Shown one piece after another: positions 21,012 to 31,197 of a DNA stretch of 64,000 nucleotides (position 1 is the first letter of the stretch; the number at the start of each line of letters is the position of its first letter). Position numbers and translations under genes: made by a program. The notes beneath the pieces are model-generated. The model ran no database searches. It was not told where the DNA came from and was given only the letters and a program-made list of their open reading frames with translations. Source of the stretch: a bacterium (GTDB lineage: Bacteria; SAR324; NAC60-12); NCBI GenBank assembly GCA_965205865.1, contig CBDBHR010000026.1, positions 32,001 to 96,000 of the forward strand, written 5' to 3'.

Positions 21012-21540
21012 GACGTTTTTCTGGGTTTATATTCTCGGATCTTGTTAATCAATTCCTGAAGTTTCCCCGTTTTTTCAGATGCCGCAACAAACTTCGAGTA
21101 CGCCGAAAAAGCGTTCTGGATCAGTTCATCGTAGGTGACAATCCTGATCGAATGGGGTCTCAAAGATTCCTCGTCCCTTTTTCTCTCATCTAGATCTTGC
21201 CACCCCCTTGGTAGTTTACCAACGATACAAATTGTCTCAAGAGGAGTTGTCCCCTCCCCCAACTGGTTGAGTTTATTCCGAACGGCATTTATGTACCGGC
21301 GAACCTGACTCTCTATGTCCGTTTTTGCTAACTGACGGTTTGCTCGTTTTAATTCGACTATTACGTGTGACGCCATCACTCTTTTGTACCGGATATCAAC
21401 TCTGTACTTTATGTCCTTCTGAATACCGTCCACAACCGCTTGTACGGTCTCTTCCATATTGGCGTATTGAGTTGCGCGTTCCCATGCTGGATCAAGCAGC
21501 CACAAATGATCGAAAATATACTGCTGTAACACTTTCTCTA

Positions 21541-22719
21541 GTGTATTGCCTGTTTAATACATTGTATTATTGGTCATTTGGTAGACAGGTTTGAGTTTGT
21601 TGATAATTTCTTCGGCAGTTTTAGTCCAGACATAGGGTTTTGGGTTGCGATTGTGTGTCTCGATGTAACTATGGATGGCTTCGGTCAACTCGAGCACGCT
21701 TTTGAAGGCGCCTCGTCGAATCCGTTCTGCAGTGATCTTGCCAAAAAAGCGTTCCACCATGTTCAGCCATGAGGAGGAAGTAGGAATGAAATGCGGGTGA
21801 AATCGCGGGTGTTTTTTGAGCCATTCTTTCACCTTAAGATGTTTGTGGGTGGCGTAATTGTCCAGGATCAAGTGTACCTGCAGTTGCTTCGAGGTAGTCT
21901 TGTCAATAAGACGCAGGAAGCGCAGATACTCTTGGTGTCGGTGCCGTTTTTCACAGCGAGCGAGCACTTCCCCTGTCTGCGTATTCAAAGCAGTAAACAG
22001 ACAGCAGGTGCCATGACGGATATAATCATGAGTTCTGGTGCCATTGCGCCCTGGTTTCAGTGGCAGACCTGGCTGGGTGCGATCGAGTGCCTGGATTTGT
22101 GATTTCTCATCGACGCTCAAGACCAGCGCTTTCTCAGGAGGATTCATGTACAAACCGATGACATCTTTCAGTTTCGCAGTGAAATGCTTATCATGCGACA
22201 ACTTAAATGTTTTTTCCAGATGAGGCTTGAGGCGATGGGCCTTCCATACTTTACCGACGGTTGTCTTGCCTACGCCAACTGCCTTGGCCATCGATCGCGT
22301 GCTCCAATGGGTACGGTCCTCAGGCTTCTCTTCAATGGTTTTCTTCACAATCTCCTCGATTTTATCCGCTCCATAAATGCGTGTCCTGCCAGGCCGCGGA
22401 TCATCATTGAGACCTGTTATTCCTTTTTCAACAAAGCGCCGTCGCCACTTTCCAACGGCATTACCGCTGGTTCCAAGCGTTTTGGCAATTTCTTGATTCT
22501 TAAGGCCATCAGCAGCCAACAGGATGATGCGCGCACGACGAGTGTCTCGCATCGCTCCGGTATGACGGCGTGCGGTTTTGCCCAATTCATCCCGTTCTTC
22601 CCGGGTCAGTTTTATACTTGGTGCTTTTCTCATGCTGTCTCCATATATGCAAAAAAAAGGACAGCTCGTAGTATAGCAAACCAAGGATTTTTTTACACAT
22701 TAATAAAAGAGCGACACAC
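21541..22719 (-). mobile_element. IS630-family insertion sequence
   Basis: Ends GTGT...ACAC flanked by a TA duplication (21539-40 and 22720-21). Confidence 0.9.
21554..22633 (-). CDS. IS630 transposase
   Basis: SVDEKSQIQALDR, ILDNYATHK and SSWLNMVERFF motifs. Confidence 0.95.
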   Translation of the reverse strand: MRKAPSIKLTREERDELGKTARRHTGAMRDTRRARIILLAADGLKNQEIAKTLGTSGNAVGKWRRRFVEKGITGLNDDPRPGRTRIYGADKIEEIVKKTIEEKPEDRTHWSTRSMAKAVGVGKTTVGKVWKAHRLKPHLEKTFKLSHDKHFTAKLKDVIGLYMNPPEKALVLSVDEKSQIQALDRTQPGLPLKPGRNGTRTHDYIRHGTCCLFTALNTQTGEVLARCEKRHRHQEYLRFLRLIDKTTSKQLQVHLILDNYATHKHLKVKEWLKKHPRFHPHFIPTSSSWLNMVERFFGKITAERIRRGAFKSVLELTEAIHSYIETHNRNPKPYVWTKTAEEIINKLKPVYQMTNNTMY

Positions 22720-24217
22720 TAGCGCTTCGTCTTCAACTTGATCTTGGAGCCGTTTGATGACATTCAGTCGCTCTTGAACTATTTCGTGGTAACGCATCGC
22801 TTCAATGGCATCAATATCAGACAGATACTCAAGAAACACATCCAAATTGGATGCGTCAATGGTATCCAAAATTTTCAGAGCATCGTTCATCTTGAGCGTT
22901 TCAAAAGCAAGTATCCCGTTGGCATACAAACCTGGCTTGTGTGCCTCGTCTACTCCCGATTGGTCGATTTCGGCAAAGATCTTCTTTGCAGTTTTCTTCA
23001 GTGATTGTGGTCTCAGTCCTTCGTACCATTCTTTGATATGAGGGTTGGAAGACAGGGCCATATCCAGTCCTTTCTTCTCCTTGAGCTTATTGGTTTCCGT
23101 CCAAATGTACCGGAGTTCCCTTCCTAAGAAATTTTTGACCGCGAGATAACGCGGGTCATCCTCGGAAATCCTTTGGCGGCTGGAAGTGGCAATGTCTTGC
23201 TCATCATCGTCGTCGAGGAAGTCGGCGTGAATTTCGCCATAGATGTATTTGGTGATCATTCCACCGAGGCGATATTCCTGTAGAATATCCTCTTGAGCCA
23301 CTTTACCCCGCACGACAACCGTGATTTTGTTCAGATTGTCGTCTTGTTCGTTGTCGCCCTGCTTCCTGTCGTCCAGATCGTTGGAACGACGGGCGATGGC
23401 GATCCAGCCGCTGATCTCGTATTCGCCTTCCTGGATGGCGTTGCCGCGCAAATCAAAGCGATTATCTCGGGTATAGGACAACCTTTCGCGGTTGTCTTCG
23501 TCTTTGTCCAAATTTTTACAGTGTTGGGCGTAATCGTATTTCCCGTATTGGAAAAGGAATCGAGCTTTGTGAAAATAATCTCTGTCAGCAAAAGTTATCT
23601 TTTCGTCATTAACAAAGACGTGAAAACCCGCTGAATCTTCGATAATACTGAATCTCCGGGCGATTCTTTTTTTGAGGCCATTTATTGAAGCTTGCGTCAG
23701 CCGTAGTTTCTTCAAATCCGTAATTTTAATAATGGTCCCATGTGATGGAATATCCACATCGAAGGTGACGGATTCCGGCTCGTATTGTTTCGGAGATGAT
23801 GGATCTTCGCTATGTATCGCGTCCTTGATTTTTTCGGCATCCATTAAAAAGGATACTTTCTCACTACCTTCTTTACGGCTATAGACAGAGATTTTATTTG
23901 CGATGGAGAACAGAGATAGTTTCCCAATGCCTTTCCTACCCATCGGTTTTCTGCCGCCGGGCGTGCGGAAATCAGGCATGTTCCTTTTCTGGTATCCGAC
24001 AAGCAGGTACTTGTCATTGATGTCGGTCCGATCCATTCCATGACCATTATCGGAAACTGCGATCGATTTCTGCTCAACGTTGAAATCAATCTTAACCTCG
24101 GTCGCGTCGGCGTCCCAAGCGTTGGCAATCACTTCCGCGATCACCGCCGGGGTATTGCTATACAGGTTGAGTCCCAGATGGTTGAGGACATTCAAACTGA
24201 TGCTCATTATGTACCTG

Positions 24218-25261
24218 CTATCGGACATTCGCTCCCTCCATGATGGATTTTCCAATCGCTTCAGCAAGTTTGACCGGCACCGCGTTGCCAATATGCCGGG
24301 CCATCTGGCGAATGACGAGTGGTTTGCCTTTCTCGATGAGTTTATACTTGCGAGGAAAAGTTTGTAGCAGAGCCGCTTCCCGGACGGAAATCGACCGATG
24401 TTGTCGAGGGTGTCCAAACCGCCCGGTACTGTAATAGCAAAATTGCGTGGTGATAGTGGGTGCCAAAGCATTCCAGCGCATTCGTCCGTAGGATGCCGGA
24501 TAATATGCCTTCCGGTGGCATTCGTTGATGATGTCCTTCTCCCAATCCTTCCAGGACCCGCCCGGTTTTGACTGGAGAATTCGCTGGCGGTTTTTTGGGG
24601 ACAACGGCAACGTGGCGTGAGCGGGGTCATCGGGCGAGGTCTGTCCGTCTTCAAGTGTGGGCAAACTTTGGATAAAGTCGGCAACGGTTGTTTTCTCCCC
24701 CCTTGGACAGGGAAGAGAAATCACGCCCAATCCGGATGCCAGCAGCACCAGGCGCTTCCTGTTTTGCGGAACGCCGTAATTCGCGCACGGCAAAATATCA
24801 TAGTCGTACTGGTAACCCAAGAGGTTCAACGTTGAGAGCAATTCGTCAAATGCCTTCTGTTTGACGAGTCCGGGGACATTTTCCATCGAAATCAAGTCGG
24901 GAGTTCCCTCTTTGACAAGGCTGGTGAATTTTCTGACTAAGGAGTAGTTATCCACTTTGGAATTTTGCGTCCTTCGGGTATGCGCGGAGAAGGGCTGGCA
25001 AGGAGCGCAACCCACCATCACCGTAACATCCGCGTCCTTGTAATATGGCGCAATGTCGAGGAAGTGAATGCCGCAAACATCGGTAGCGATAAATTCGGAT
25101 CCATGGTTGTTCGTCTCGTACGCATACCGACATGATGGATCAATGTCAAAACCCGCCTTGACGTCTATGCCAGACATACCGAGTCCATGAGTCAATCCAC
25201 CGATTCCACAAAAGAGATCTACAGCGTGAACTCTCCACAAGCCGTTGTTTTTTTTACGCAT
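24218..25261 (-). CDS. DNA (cytosine-5) methyltransferase, M.HgiDII-like
   Basis: DLFCGIGG, GCAPCQPFS, MENVPG, YGVPQNRKR, GRFGHP and IGNAVP motifs. Confidence 0.92.
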   Translation of the reverse strand: MRKKNNGLWRVHAVDLFCGIGGLTHGLGMSGIDVKAGFDIDPSCRYAYETNNHGSEFIATDVCGIHFLDIAPYYKDADVTVMVGCAPCQPFSAHTRRTQNSKVDNYSLVRKFTSLVKEGTPDLISMENVPGLVKQKAFDELLSTLNLLGYQYDYDILPCANYGVPQNRKRLVLLASGLGVISLPCPRGEKTTVADFIQSLPTLEDGQTSPDDPAHATLPLSPKNRQRILQSKPGGSWKDWEKDIINECHRKAYYPASYGRMRWNALAPTITTQFCYYSTGRFGHPRQHRSISVREAALLQTFPRKYKLIEKGKPLVIRQMARHIGNAVPVKLAEAIGKSIMEGANVR

Positions 25262-25312
25262 TGAGTTCTCTCCGTTACCAACCGATTACCTAATCCACGT
25301 CTTTCACAATTT

Positions 25313-25366
25313 TCAGCCGCCGACAATGTCGCCCAACAAACCATTGGTCTCCCGTTCCAGTGTCAT
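25313..25366 (-). pseudogene. hsdM 3'-end remnant
   Basis: MTLERETNGLLGDIVGG* compared with the true HsdM end LTLEQETEGLLNEIIGKV*. Confidence 0.7.
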
Positions 25367-25404
25367 TTAACTTTCAAGGCTAAATCAGGAAATTTTTTAC
25401 TTGA

Positions 25405-25761
25405 TTGGGCTTCGAACATTTTTGTAAATTTTTCACTAGGATAGAAGCAGAAAAAAATCCAGACAAATCTCTGTACAATGGAATTACAAGGCCAACCAAA
25501 ATAGAGGAGTTCATCATGTTTTCTCTTCCTCTTGAATTTCCTATCGTTTTTGATTCAATTAAACAACAGTTTTCTGTTTCGGGTTGGACCACCGCGCATA
25601 CCATGGTCCTGGGAGAGCAAAACTATGCCAGGGGAATCATGAAGTTTCCTCGGCTCCAAAAACTGATGCCCAAGGCTGGTATCGTGATTCAGTCCGTTCC
25701 AAAGGCAAACGCTTTGTCAAATGCCCGGGATCAGAATGTGCTATTCTTAGTTTATGCATAA
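25405..25761 (+). CDS. Hypothetical protein (probable start 25516)
   Basis: Open frame with GAGGAG before ATG 25516; no recognisable motif. Confidence 0.35.
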   Translation: MGFEHFCKFFTRIEAEKNPDKSLYNGITRPTKIEEFIMFSLPLEFPIVFDSIKQQFSVSGWTTAHTMVLGEQNYARGIMKFPRLQKLMPKAGIVIQSVPKANALSNARDQNVLFLVYA

Positions 25762-25869
25762 GGGAAATGGTTCAATTTTTGCCCATTGTCCTGAGACCTT
25801 CGATTTTTTCGACGCTTTATCGACAAGGATTCCACCAGGAAAAGCATTTTATTGATAAGGAGAGTTGAA

Positions 25870-26262
25870 ATGGTGACGCGCCCACACATGCGGAAGGTTA
25901 GATCAAAGGAAACGAAGCCAGAACGCGCACTAAGAAAGCTTATCTGGTCGATGGGATATCGAGGATACAGGAAGAATTGCGGGAATCTGCCTGGAAGGCC
26001 TGATGTGGCGTTTACCCGCCGCAAGCGCGCAATCTTTCTTCATGGGTGTTTTTGGCATGGACATTCATGCAAAGCAGGTAGGAACGTTCCGCAAACTAAC
26101 ACCACGTATTGGATACCGAAATTACGAAGGAATAAAGAAAGAGATCGTGATGACCTTAAAAAATTGAAATCGGAGCATTGGCGGGTCATGGTGGTTTGGG
26201 AGTGTGAATTGGGCGAGCTTGAGCAAGTTAAGTCCGGACTGTCCAAATTTTTACGTGAATAG
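25870..26262 (+). CDS. vsr: Very short patch repair endonuclease
   Basis: TKPE, LPGRPD, FLHGCFWHGH and VVWECE motifs; adjacent to the C5 methylase. Confidence 0.93.
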   Translation: MVTRPHMRKVRSKETKPERALRKLIWSMGYRGYRKNCGNLPGRPDVAFTRRKRAIFLHGCFWHGHSCKAGRNVPQTNTTYWIPKLRRNKERDRDDLKKLKSEHWRVMVVWECELGELEQVKSGLSKFLRE

Positions 26263-26340
26263 TATATAGTTTCCCCCAAATCCCAATAAATGGAGCATCA
26301 ATGCAAGCATGATGACGAAATGGATTCTCTGAGCAACGTT

Positions 26341-26907
26341 TCAGGATCGGACTTTTCCCTGCCAACCGCCTTTACATTTACCACTCCAAATTTTTTCAAA
26401 CGGATGCCGTCGGTTGTCTGGGTATGGTGTCATTTTCCTTCTCTGAAACGCTTGGTGAATCCACTCGCGAATGTCCTCCCTTTGGTCTGTCCAGTCATAG
26501 ACGCAGGCATAGGGCGCCCTTTCCTTGCAGTTATCCGCGAGTCTTGGTGGTATCAGGTGTGGATCATACATTGTTCTTCCAAAATCCGGATGTTTGGGCA
26601 ACATGATACCCAACAATCCACATCTGGGATTTTTTTTCGTGGCTCTCAAACTGGCGCCTATCTCCCAATCCACGTGCATCCGTTTCCAGGTACAGGGGCC
26701 AATCAGCACAACCGTCACGGTTACTTCGGCGATGTAGTGCTCACGAATTCTTTGAAAAATCGCCTCCACGTCAAGGTTATTGATTTCCCCGATTTTGACG
26801 GACCTGTCCAGCATTTCGTCCTTCATCATTTTGACGAATTGGTTTTTGTATTTTTGATCCCCATGGTGAAAACTGATGAATACTTTGTGTTTTGGGATTT
26901 GGTCCAT
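26341..26907 (-). CDS. TIR-domain protein (MTH538/ThsB-like)
   Basis: HKVFISFHH, VTVVLIG.CTW and VDWEIGASL with the catalytic-type Glu. Confidence 0.85.
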   Translation of the reverse strand: MDQIPKHKVFISFHHGDQKYKNQFVKMMKDEMLDRSVKIGEINNLDVEAIFQRIREHYIAEVTVTVVLIGPCTWKRMHVDWEIGASLRATKKNPRCGLLGIMLPKHPDFGRTMYDPHLIPPRLADNCKERAPYACVYDWTDQREDIREWIHQAFQRRKMTPYPDNRRHPFEKIWSGKCKGGWQGKVRS

Positions 26908-27037
26908 CTTCGCTCTCCTTCAACCCGTTCCAAGTCGGTCAAGTCTTCCGGGCCGGCAATCTCTGCCAGCATGCGATTGTAGTTTCGTAAATCTTGCTGC
27001 AGCGTTCAGAGAGGGCGACTCATCCATGGCCCTCGGG

Positions 27038-29020
27038 TTACACTTTTCCGATGATCTCGTTCAGCAACCCCTCGGTTTCCTGTTCCAGCGTCAGAATGTC
27101 TCCCCGGATCTCCTCCAGCGTACGTAAAGGCTGCGGCTTGTAGAAGTGGCGGGTGAAGCTGATCTCGTAGCCGGTCTTGATGCTGTCTGCGACATACCAG
27201 GCATCCGGCGCGTGGGCCAACACCTCGCGTTGCAGGAAACTCTCTACGCTTTTTTCCAGGAGTGGCACCTGCTCGCTGTCTCGCAGATCGGGGTCGGGTT
27301 CGTACTCGACCACGGCGGAACGGCCGGCGATTAAGGTCTCGAACAACCCACGCATGGGGTCGGGTGCCGCGCCTTTCTCGTGAATCTTTTTGATGACCGG
27401 CAGGGCGGTCTCCGAGCAGCGTGATCCCTCTTTGAGTATTTTGATCTCCCTGGCGCCGTAGGCGCGTTCGGAGTCGATGCCTTCAAGGCGTAACGGACGC
27501 TCGATCGTGACTTTCCAATATCCGAACGCTTCGTTTGGATAGATTTTCGACTGTTCGGTTTCCTCGAACTTCAGAAAAGTATCGCAGATACGCTGGATAT
27601 CTGCCGCTGACAACTCGCAGTTCTTTTTACCAAGATTCTTGCGTAGTGGTTTGAACCAACGGGTCGCGTCGATGAGTTGGATTTTGCCCCGGCGTTGCGC
27701 GGGCTTACGGTTACCAAGCATCCAGATATAGGTGGCAATGCCCGTGTTGTGGAACATGTTCAGAGGCAAGGCGACGATGGCCTCCAACCAGTCGTTTTCG
27801 ATGATCCAACGTCGAATATTGCTTTCCCCCTGACCCGCATCACCAGTGAACAATGACGAACCATTATGGACTTCCGCAATCCTGCTGCCGAGGTGCGAAT
27901 CCCGCTTCATCTTGCTCAGCATGTTGGCCAGAAACATCATCTGGCCGTCGCTGGAACGCGTAACGAGGCTGTATTCCGGATCGCCGGCATGCTTGATCAG
28001 AAAGCGGTGGTCGGACATCTCTTTTTTTCCTCCCATCCGCTCGAGTTCCGTTTTCCAGGACTTTCCGTAGGGTGGATTGGAAAGCATAAAGTCGAACTCG
28101 CGTGCCGGGAACGCGTCTCTGGACAGGGTCGAGCCGAATTTCATGTTCTCGGCCTCGCTCCCCTCCCCTTTGAGGATGAGATCCGCCTTGCTGATGGCGA
28201 AGGTTTCGGGATTGATCTCCTGCCCATAGAGGTGAACGGATGCTTCCTTTCCGTATTTCGTGGCAAGCCCGGCCAGTGTTTCTCCGGCAACGGTCAGCAT
28301 CCCGCCGGTGCCACAAGCGCCGTCATAGACGAGGTAGGTCCCGGAGCGGATCTTTTCCTTAATGGGCATGAAAATCAGATGGGCCATCAGTTTTACGACA
28401 TCACGGGGCGTGAAGTGCTCACCGGCTTCCTCGTTGTTCTCTTCGTTGAAACGCCTGATCAACTCCTCGAAGATGGTCCCCATCGAATGGTTGTCGAGGC
28501 CGGGAAGACGCGGGGAACCGTCCCGGGACAAGATGGGTTTGGGGCTCAGATTGATCGAATTGTCGAGGAATTTTTCGATGAGGAATCCGAACACGTCGGC
28601 TTCGATCAGGGTGGGGATTTGATTACGGAACTTGAACTTGTCGAGGACCTCCTGAAGGTTCGCTGAGAAACCATCCAGATAGGTTTCGAAATCGGTTTTG
28701 AGTTGCTGTTGCCTGGATCGGTTGGAGAGATCGCGCAAGCAAAAAGCCGAGGTGTTGTAGAATGCTTCGCCGGATGCCCGACATAACGCTGCGTGCTGAT
28801 GGACGACGCCTGCCGCGTCGAGTTGCTGCTTCATTCTGAGCACAGCCTCTTTCGTCGGTTCGAGAACCGCATCCAGACGCCGAATAACCGTCATGGGCAG
28901 AATGACGTCCCGATACTTGCCCCGCACGTAGACGTCGCGCAACACATCGTCGGCTATATTCCAGATAAAGTTGCTGATATTCAAGTTGCTTTCCACTGTT
29001 CCTACCGCGATTCTCTCCAC
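27038..29020 (-). CDS. hsdM: Type I R-M methyltransferase subunit (likely start GTG 28996)
   Basis: AGEHFTPRDVV, YDGACGTGGML and SNPPYG motifs. Confidence 0.95.
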   Translation of the reverse strand: MERIAVGTVESNLNISNFIWNIADDVLRDVYVRGKYRDVILPMTVIRRLDAVLEPTKEAVLRMKQQLDAAGVVHQHAALCRASGEAFYNTSAFCLRDLSNRSRQQQLKTDFETYLDGFSANLQEVLDKFKFRNQIPTLIEADVFGFLIEKFLDNSINLSPKPILSRDGSPRLPGLDNHSMGTIFEELIRRFNEENNEEAGEHFTPRDVVKLMAHLIFMPIKEKIRSGTYLVYDGACGTGGMLTVAGETLAGLATKYGKEASVHLYGQEINPETFAISKADLILKGEGSEAENMKFGSTLSRDAFPAREFDFMLSNPPYGKSWKTELERMGGKKEMSDHRFLIKHAGDPEYSLVTRSSDGQMMFLANMLSKMKRDSHLGSRIAEVHNGSSLFTGDAGQGESNIRRWIIENDWLEAIVALPLNMFHNTGIATYIWMLGNRKPAQRRGKIQLIDATRWFKPLRKNLGKKNCELSAADIQRICDTFLKFEETEQSKIYPNEAFGYWKVTIERPLRLEGIDSERAYGAREIKILKEGSRCSETALPVIKKIHEKGAAPDPMRGLFETLIAGRSAVVEYEPDPDLRDSEQVPLLEKSVESFLQREVLAHAPDAWYVADSIKTGYEISFTRHFYKPQPLRTLEEIRGDILTLEQETEGLLNEIIGKV

Positions 29021-29823
29021 GACCTGTCCGACATGAGTTTACGGAATGGCGATGCTGCGGAATCGACTTGCCTGACGTCTCCGTCCATGACGACAAAGAA
29101 ATTGAATTCCTCGTGAATACATCCTGAAGGGCAATCTCCCCACGCGTTACGAAACACAAAAAACCAATTCTCATTCACCTTCAACGTTTCTATGTCAGAG
29201 CCGTCCGACAAGAATGCTTCGGGTTCGACGTATCGAATCCCCGAAACTGTCGAATACGCCTCAATTGCTGCCGGAATGTTCAACCCTTCGCGAAAACAAA
29301 AGATGACGATCCCGATCGAATCGAAAATTTTTATGCCCCGCAATTGAAGCTTCGCGTTCAAGGTATCGAATTCCGTATCACCCGTAAGCAACGTCCCAGT
29401 TCTGCCATGATTGGGCAACACATCTTTGATAGCCCGCATCAGGGGAGGTTCCAGGCCGAGGATGAGCATGGCCGGAACATATGCCGCTCGCGCATGAATG
29501 AGCGAGACCTGCGGATGGGCGTCACGGATCAAGAGTAGAATTCGTCGGATTTCCTCTTCAAGCTCATCCCGCTGCCGGATATCGAACAATAACTCGCTGC
29601 CATTACGTTGGATCATCCTGTCCGCAAGTATGGCGGCGTCAGAACGGTCGACGGTAGGGAGCGGGCAGGGTTTTGTCCCGACAACGTCCGTTTCACGAGC
29701 GCTGCGCAAAGACGCCGGATCAGTCCCGACTTTTTCGTTGGCAGCGATCAGCGGGCATGCAATTACGAAGAGTAAGAACATGCCGGAGATAGTGATGTTG
29801 ATCATTCGTAAACCGTCTTTCAT
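29002..29823 (-). CDS. Hypothetical exported protein
   Basis: Hydrophobic signal-peptide-like N-terminus; WGDCPSGC motif. Confidence 0.65.
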   Translation of the reverse strand: MKDGLRMINITISGMFLLFVIACPLIAANEKVGTDPASLRSARETDVVGTKPCPLPTVDRSDAAILADRMIQRNGSELLFDIRQRDELEEEIRRILLLIRDAHPQVSLIHARAAYVPAMLILGLEPPLMRAIKDVLPNHGRTGTLLTGDTEFDTLNAKLQLRGIKIFDSIGIVIFCFREGLNIPAAIEAYSTVSGIRYVEPEAFLSDGSDIETLKVNENWFFVFRNAWGDCPSGCIHEEFNFFVVMDGDVRQVDSAASPFRKLMSDRSWRESR

Positions 29824-30096
29824 CGTTGCAATAAGACCTGCTCTGCTCGAAAGCGCGAAACGGGTCGGTATTGATCTAATTTATTCCCGATCCGGCAATT
29901 TCGTTGCTGATTCGAGAATTATGAATACTGAATTCAATATGATACACGTCCGGAGTACGATAAGAAACGAGAATATTTAAAAGTTTGAAAGTTGTTCCCA
30001 AACCTTTAATGATGGGTTTCCTATTTTTGCATCAGCAACCCCCTTGTTTGAAAAAACTTCATATTGAATTGTATCGGAAGTATTGCAAGGTACAAA

Positions 30097-30801
30097 ATGC
30101 TTGAATCCGGGCAATTTCAAAGCTATCTGCGGGAGTCCCATAATCCTTATTATTCCATTGTCGCCACCCTCCCTCTCCTGATTGCCTATGAGCTTCTTCT
30201 GGCAATCACAAGCCATCCCCACTGGCAGGTGCGCAACGCGGCCGACGTGTGGCTCCGGAAAATATTGGCAACTTTCGATCTTTCTTCCCAGCAAGCTACC
30301 ATTGCCATGATCCTCATATTGCTCGTACTTATTCCAGTGGTACGTCGCAAATACGCTCCCTTGAAACGAAGCTATTTCGCATATATGTTTTTAGAAACCA
30401 TCGTTTACAGCTTATGTTTGGGTCTGGTCATTAACTTGATTTTGCGCGCTCTTTTTCTGGCAACCCCCATGAGCGGAGGATTCTTACAAAACATTGCTCT
30501 CTCGCTGGGGGCGGGTTTGTATGAGGAGTTTGTTTTTCGAGTGATCCTACTCAACGCTTTGTTTTTTGGATTGAAACCGATTTTGAAAAATGTTCTTTTG
30601 AGTGCGTCGATAGCTATTTTTATGGCATCGTTTTTGTTTTCCCTCAGTCATTATGTGGGTAACTTGTCAGACCCTTTCGACTTTTACAGCTTTATATTCC
30701 GTTGGATGGCGGGATTATTGTTTACCGTTATATATTTTTTGAGAGGCTTTGCAGTTGCCGCGTACACCCATGCTTTTTATGATATTTGGGTTGTCTTATA
30801 A
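30097..30801 (+). CDS. CPBP (CAAX/Abi) intramembrane metalloprotease
   Basis: EEFVFR, FSLSH and HAFYD motifs; multiple transmembrane segments. Confidence 0.88.
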   Translation: MLESGQFQSYLRESHNPYYSIVATLPLLIAYELLLAITSHPHWQVRNAADVWLRKILATFDLSSQQATIAMILILLVLIPVVRRKYAPLKRSYFAYMFLETIVYSLCLGLVINLILRALFLATPMSGGFLQNIALSLGAGLYEEFVFRVILLNALFFGLKPILKNVLLSASIAIFMASFLFSLSHYVGNLSDPFDFYSFIFRWMAGLLFTVIYFLRGFAVAAYTHAFYDIWVVL

Positions 30802-31040
30802 CAGTGGATTGAATCACGAATTAAAGAAAATCGGAGCATAATCACAATTCACGATTCGGTTAATTGCCTTATTTGATGTGTTCGAGCCTTTATATGAACT
30901 GTCAATTAAACGTATTAACTTTGAATCTAAAATCGGAATAAATACAAAAAGAATTTTTGACACTGTTCACTCATCATTCCCAAAAAGGGTTCAATCGAGT
31001 ACATATCCATTTGATTTTATTGAACTTATAAAGATTTCAA

Positions 31041-31115
31041 TGTCATCCTAGCGCACGCGGAGATTCAGTTGGTATACTCCGAATCTCTGGATCCCGGATC
31101 AAGTCCGGGATGACA
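31041..31115. repeat. REP/MITE-like palindromic element, copy 1
   Basis: tgtcatcc...ctggatcccggatcaagtccgggatgaca; an inverted related copy lies at 35229-35318. Confidence 0.75.
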
Positions 31116-31197
31116 AGGCGAGTATCCCGCTTTAAGAAAAAGCATTTTGCAATGGTAAATGAACAGTCTCGAATTTTTTTCTGAATTGAATAAAAGT

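Larger units (their letters stand above)
21008..24228 (-). pseudogene. GHKL-ATPase + PD-(D/E)xK restriction enzyme (HgiDII-like), interrupted by IS630
   Basis: AEVIANAWDADA, DNGHGM, GRKGIGK and C-terminal RVDI...IVELKR motifs. Removing the IS and one TA restores EALEKVLQQYIFDHLWLLDP (679 aa). Confidence 0.85.

Noticed and set aside
24229-24684. N-terminal 152 aa of the 663-aa ORF
   Set aside because: Overlaps the methylase in another frame; the real start is ATG 24228.
26341-26907. Complete Thoeris system
   Set aside because: No thsA-type effector in the window.
10176-29960. Integrative element or prophage carrying the R-M locus
   Set aside because: No integrase, tRNA or convincing att repeats were seen.
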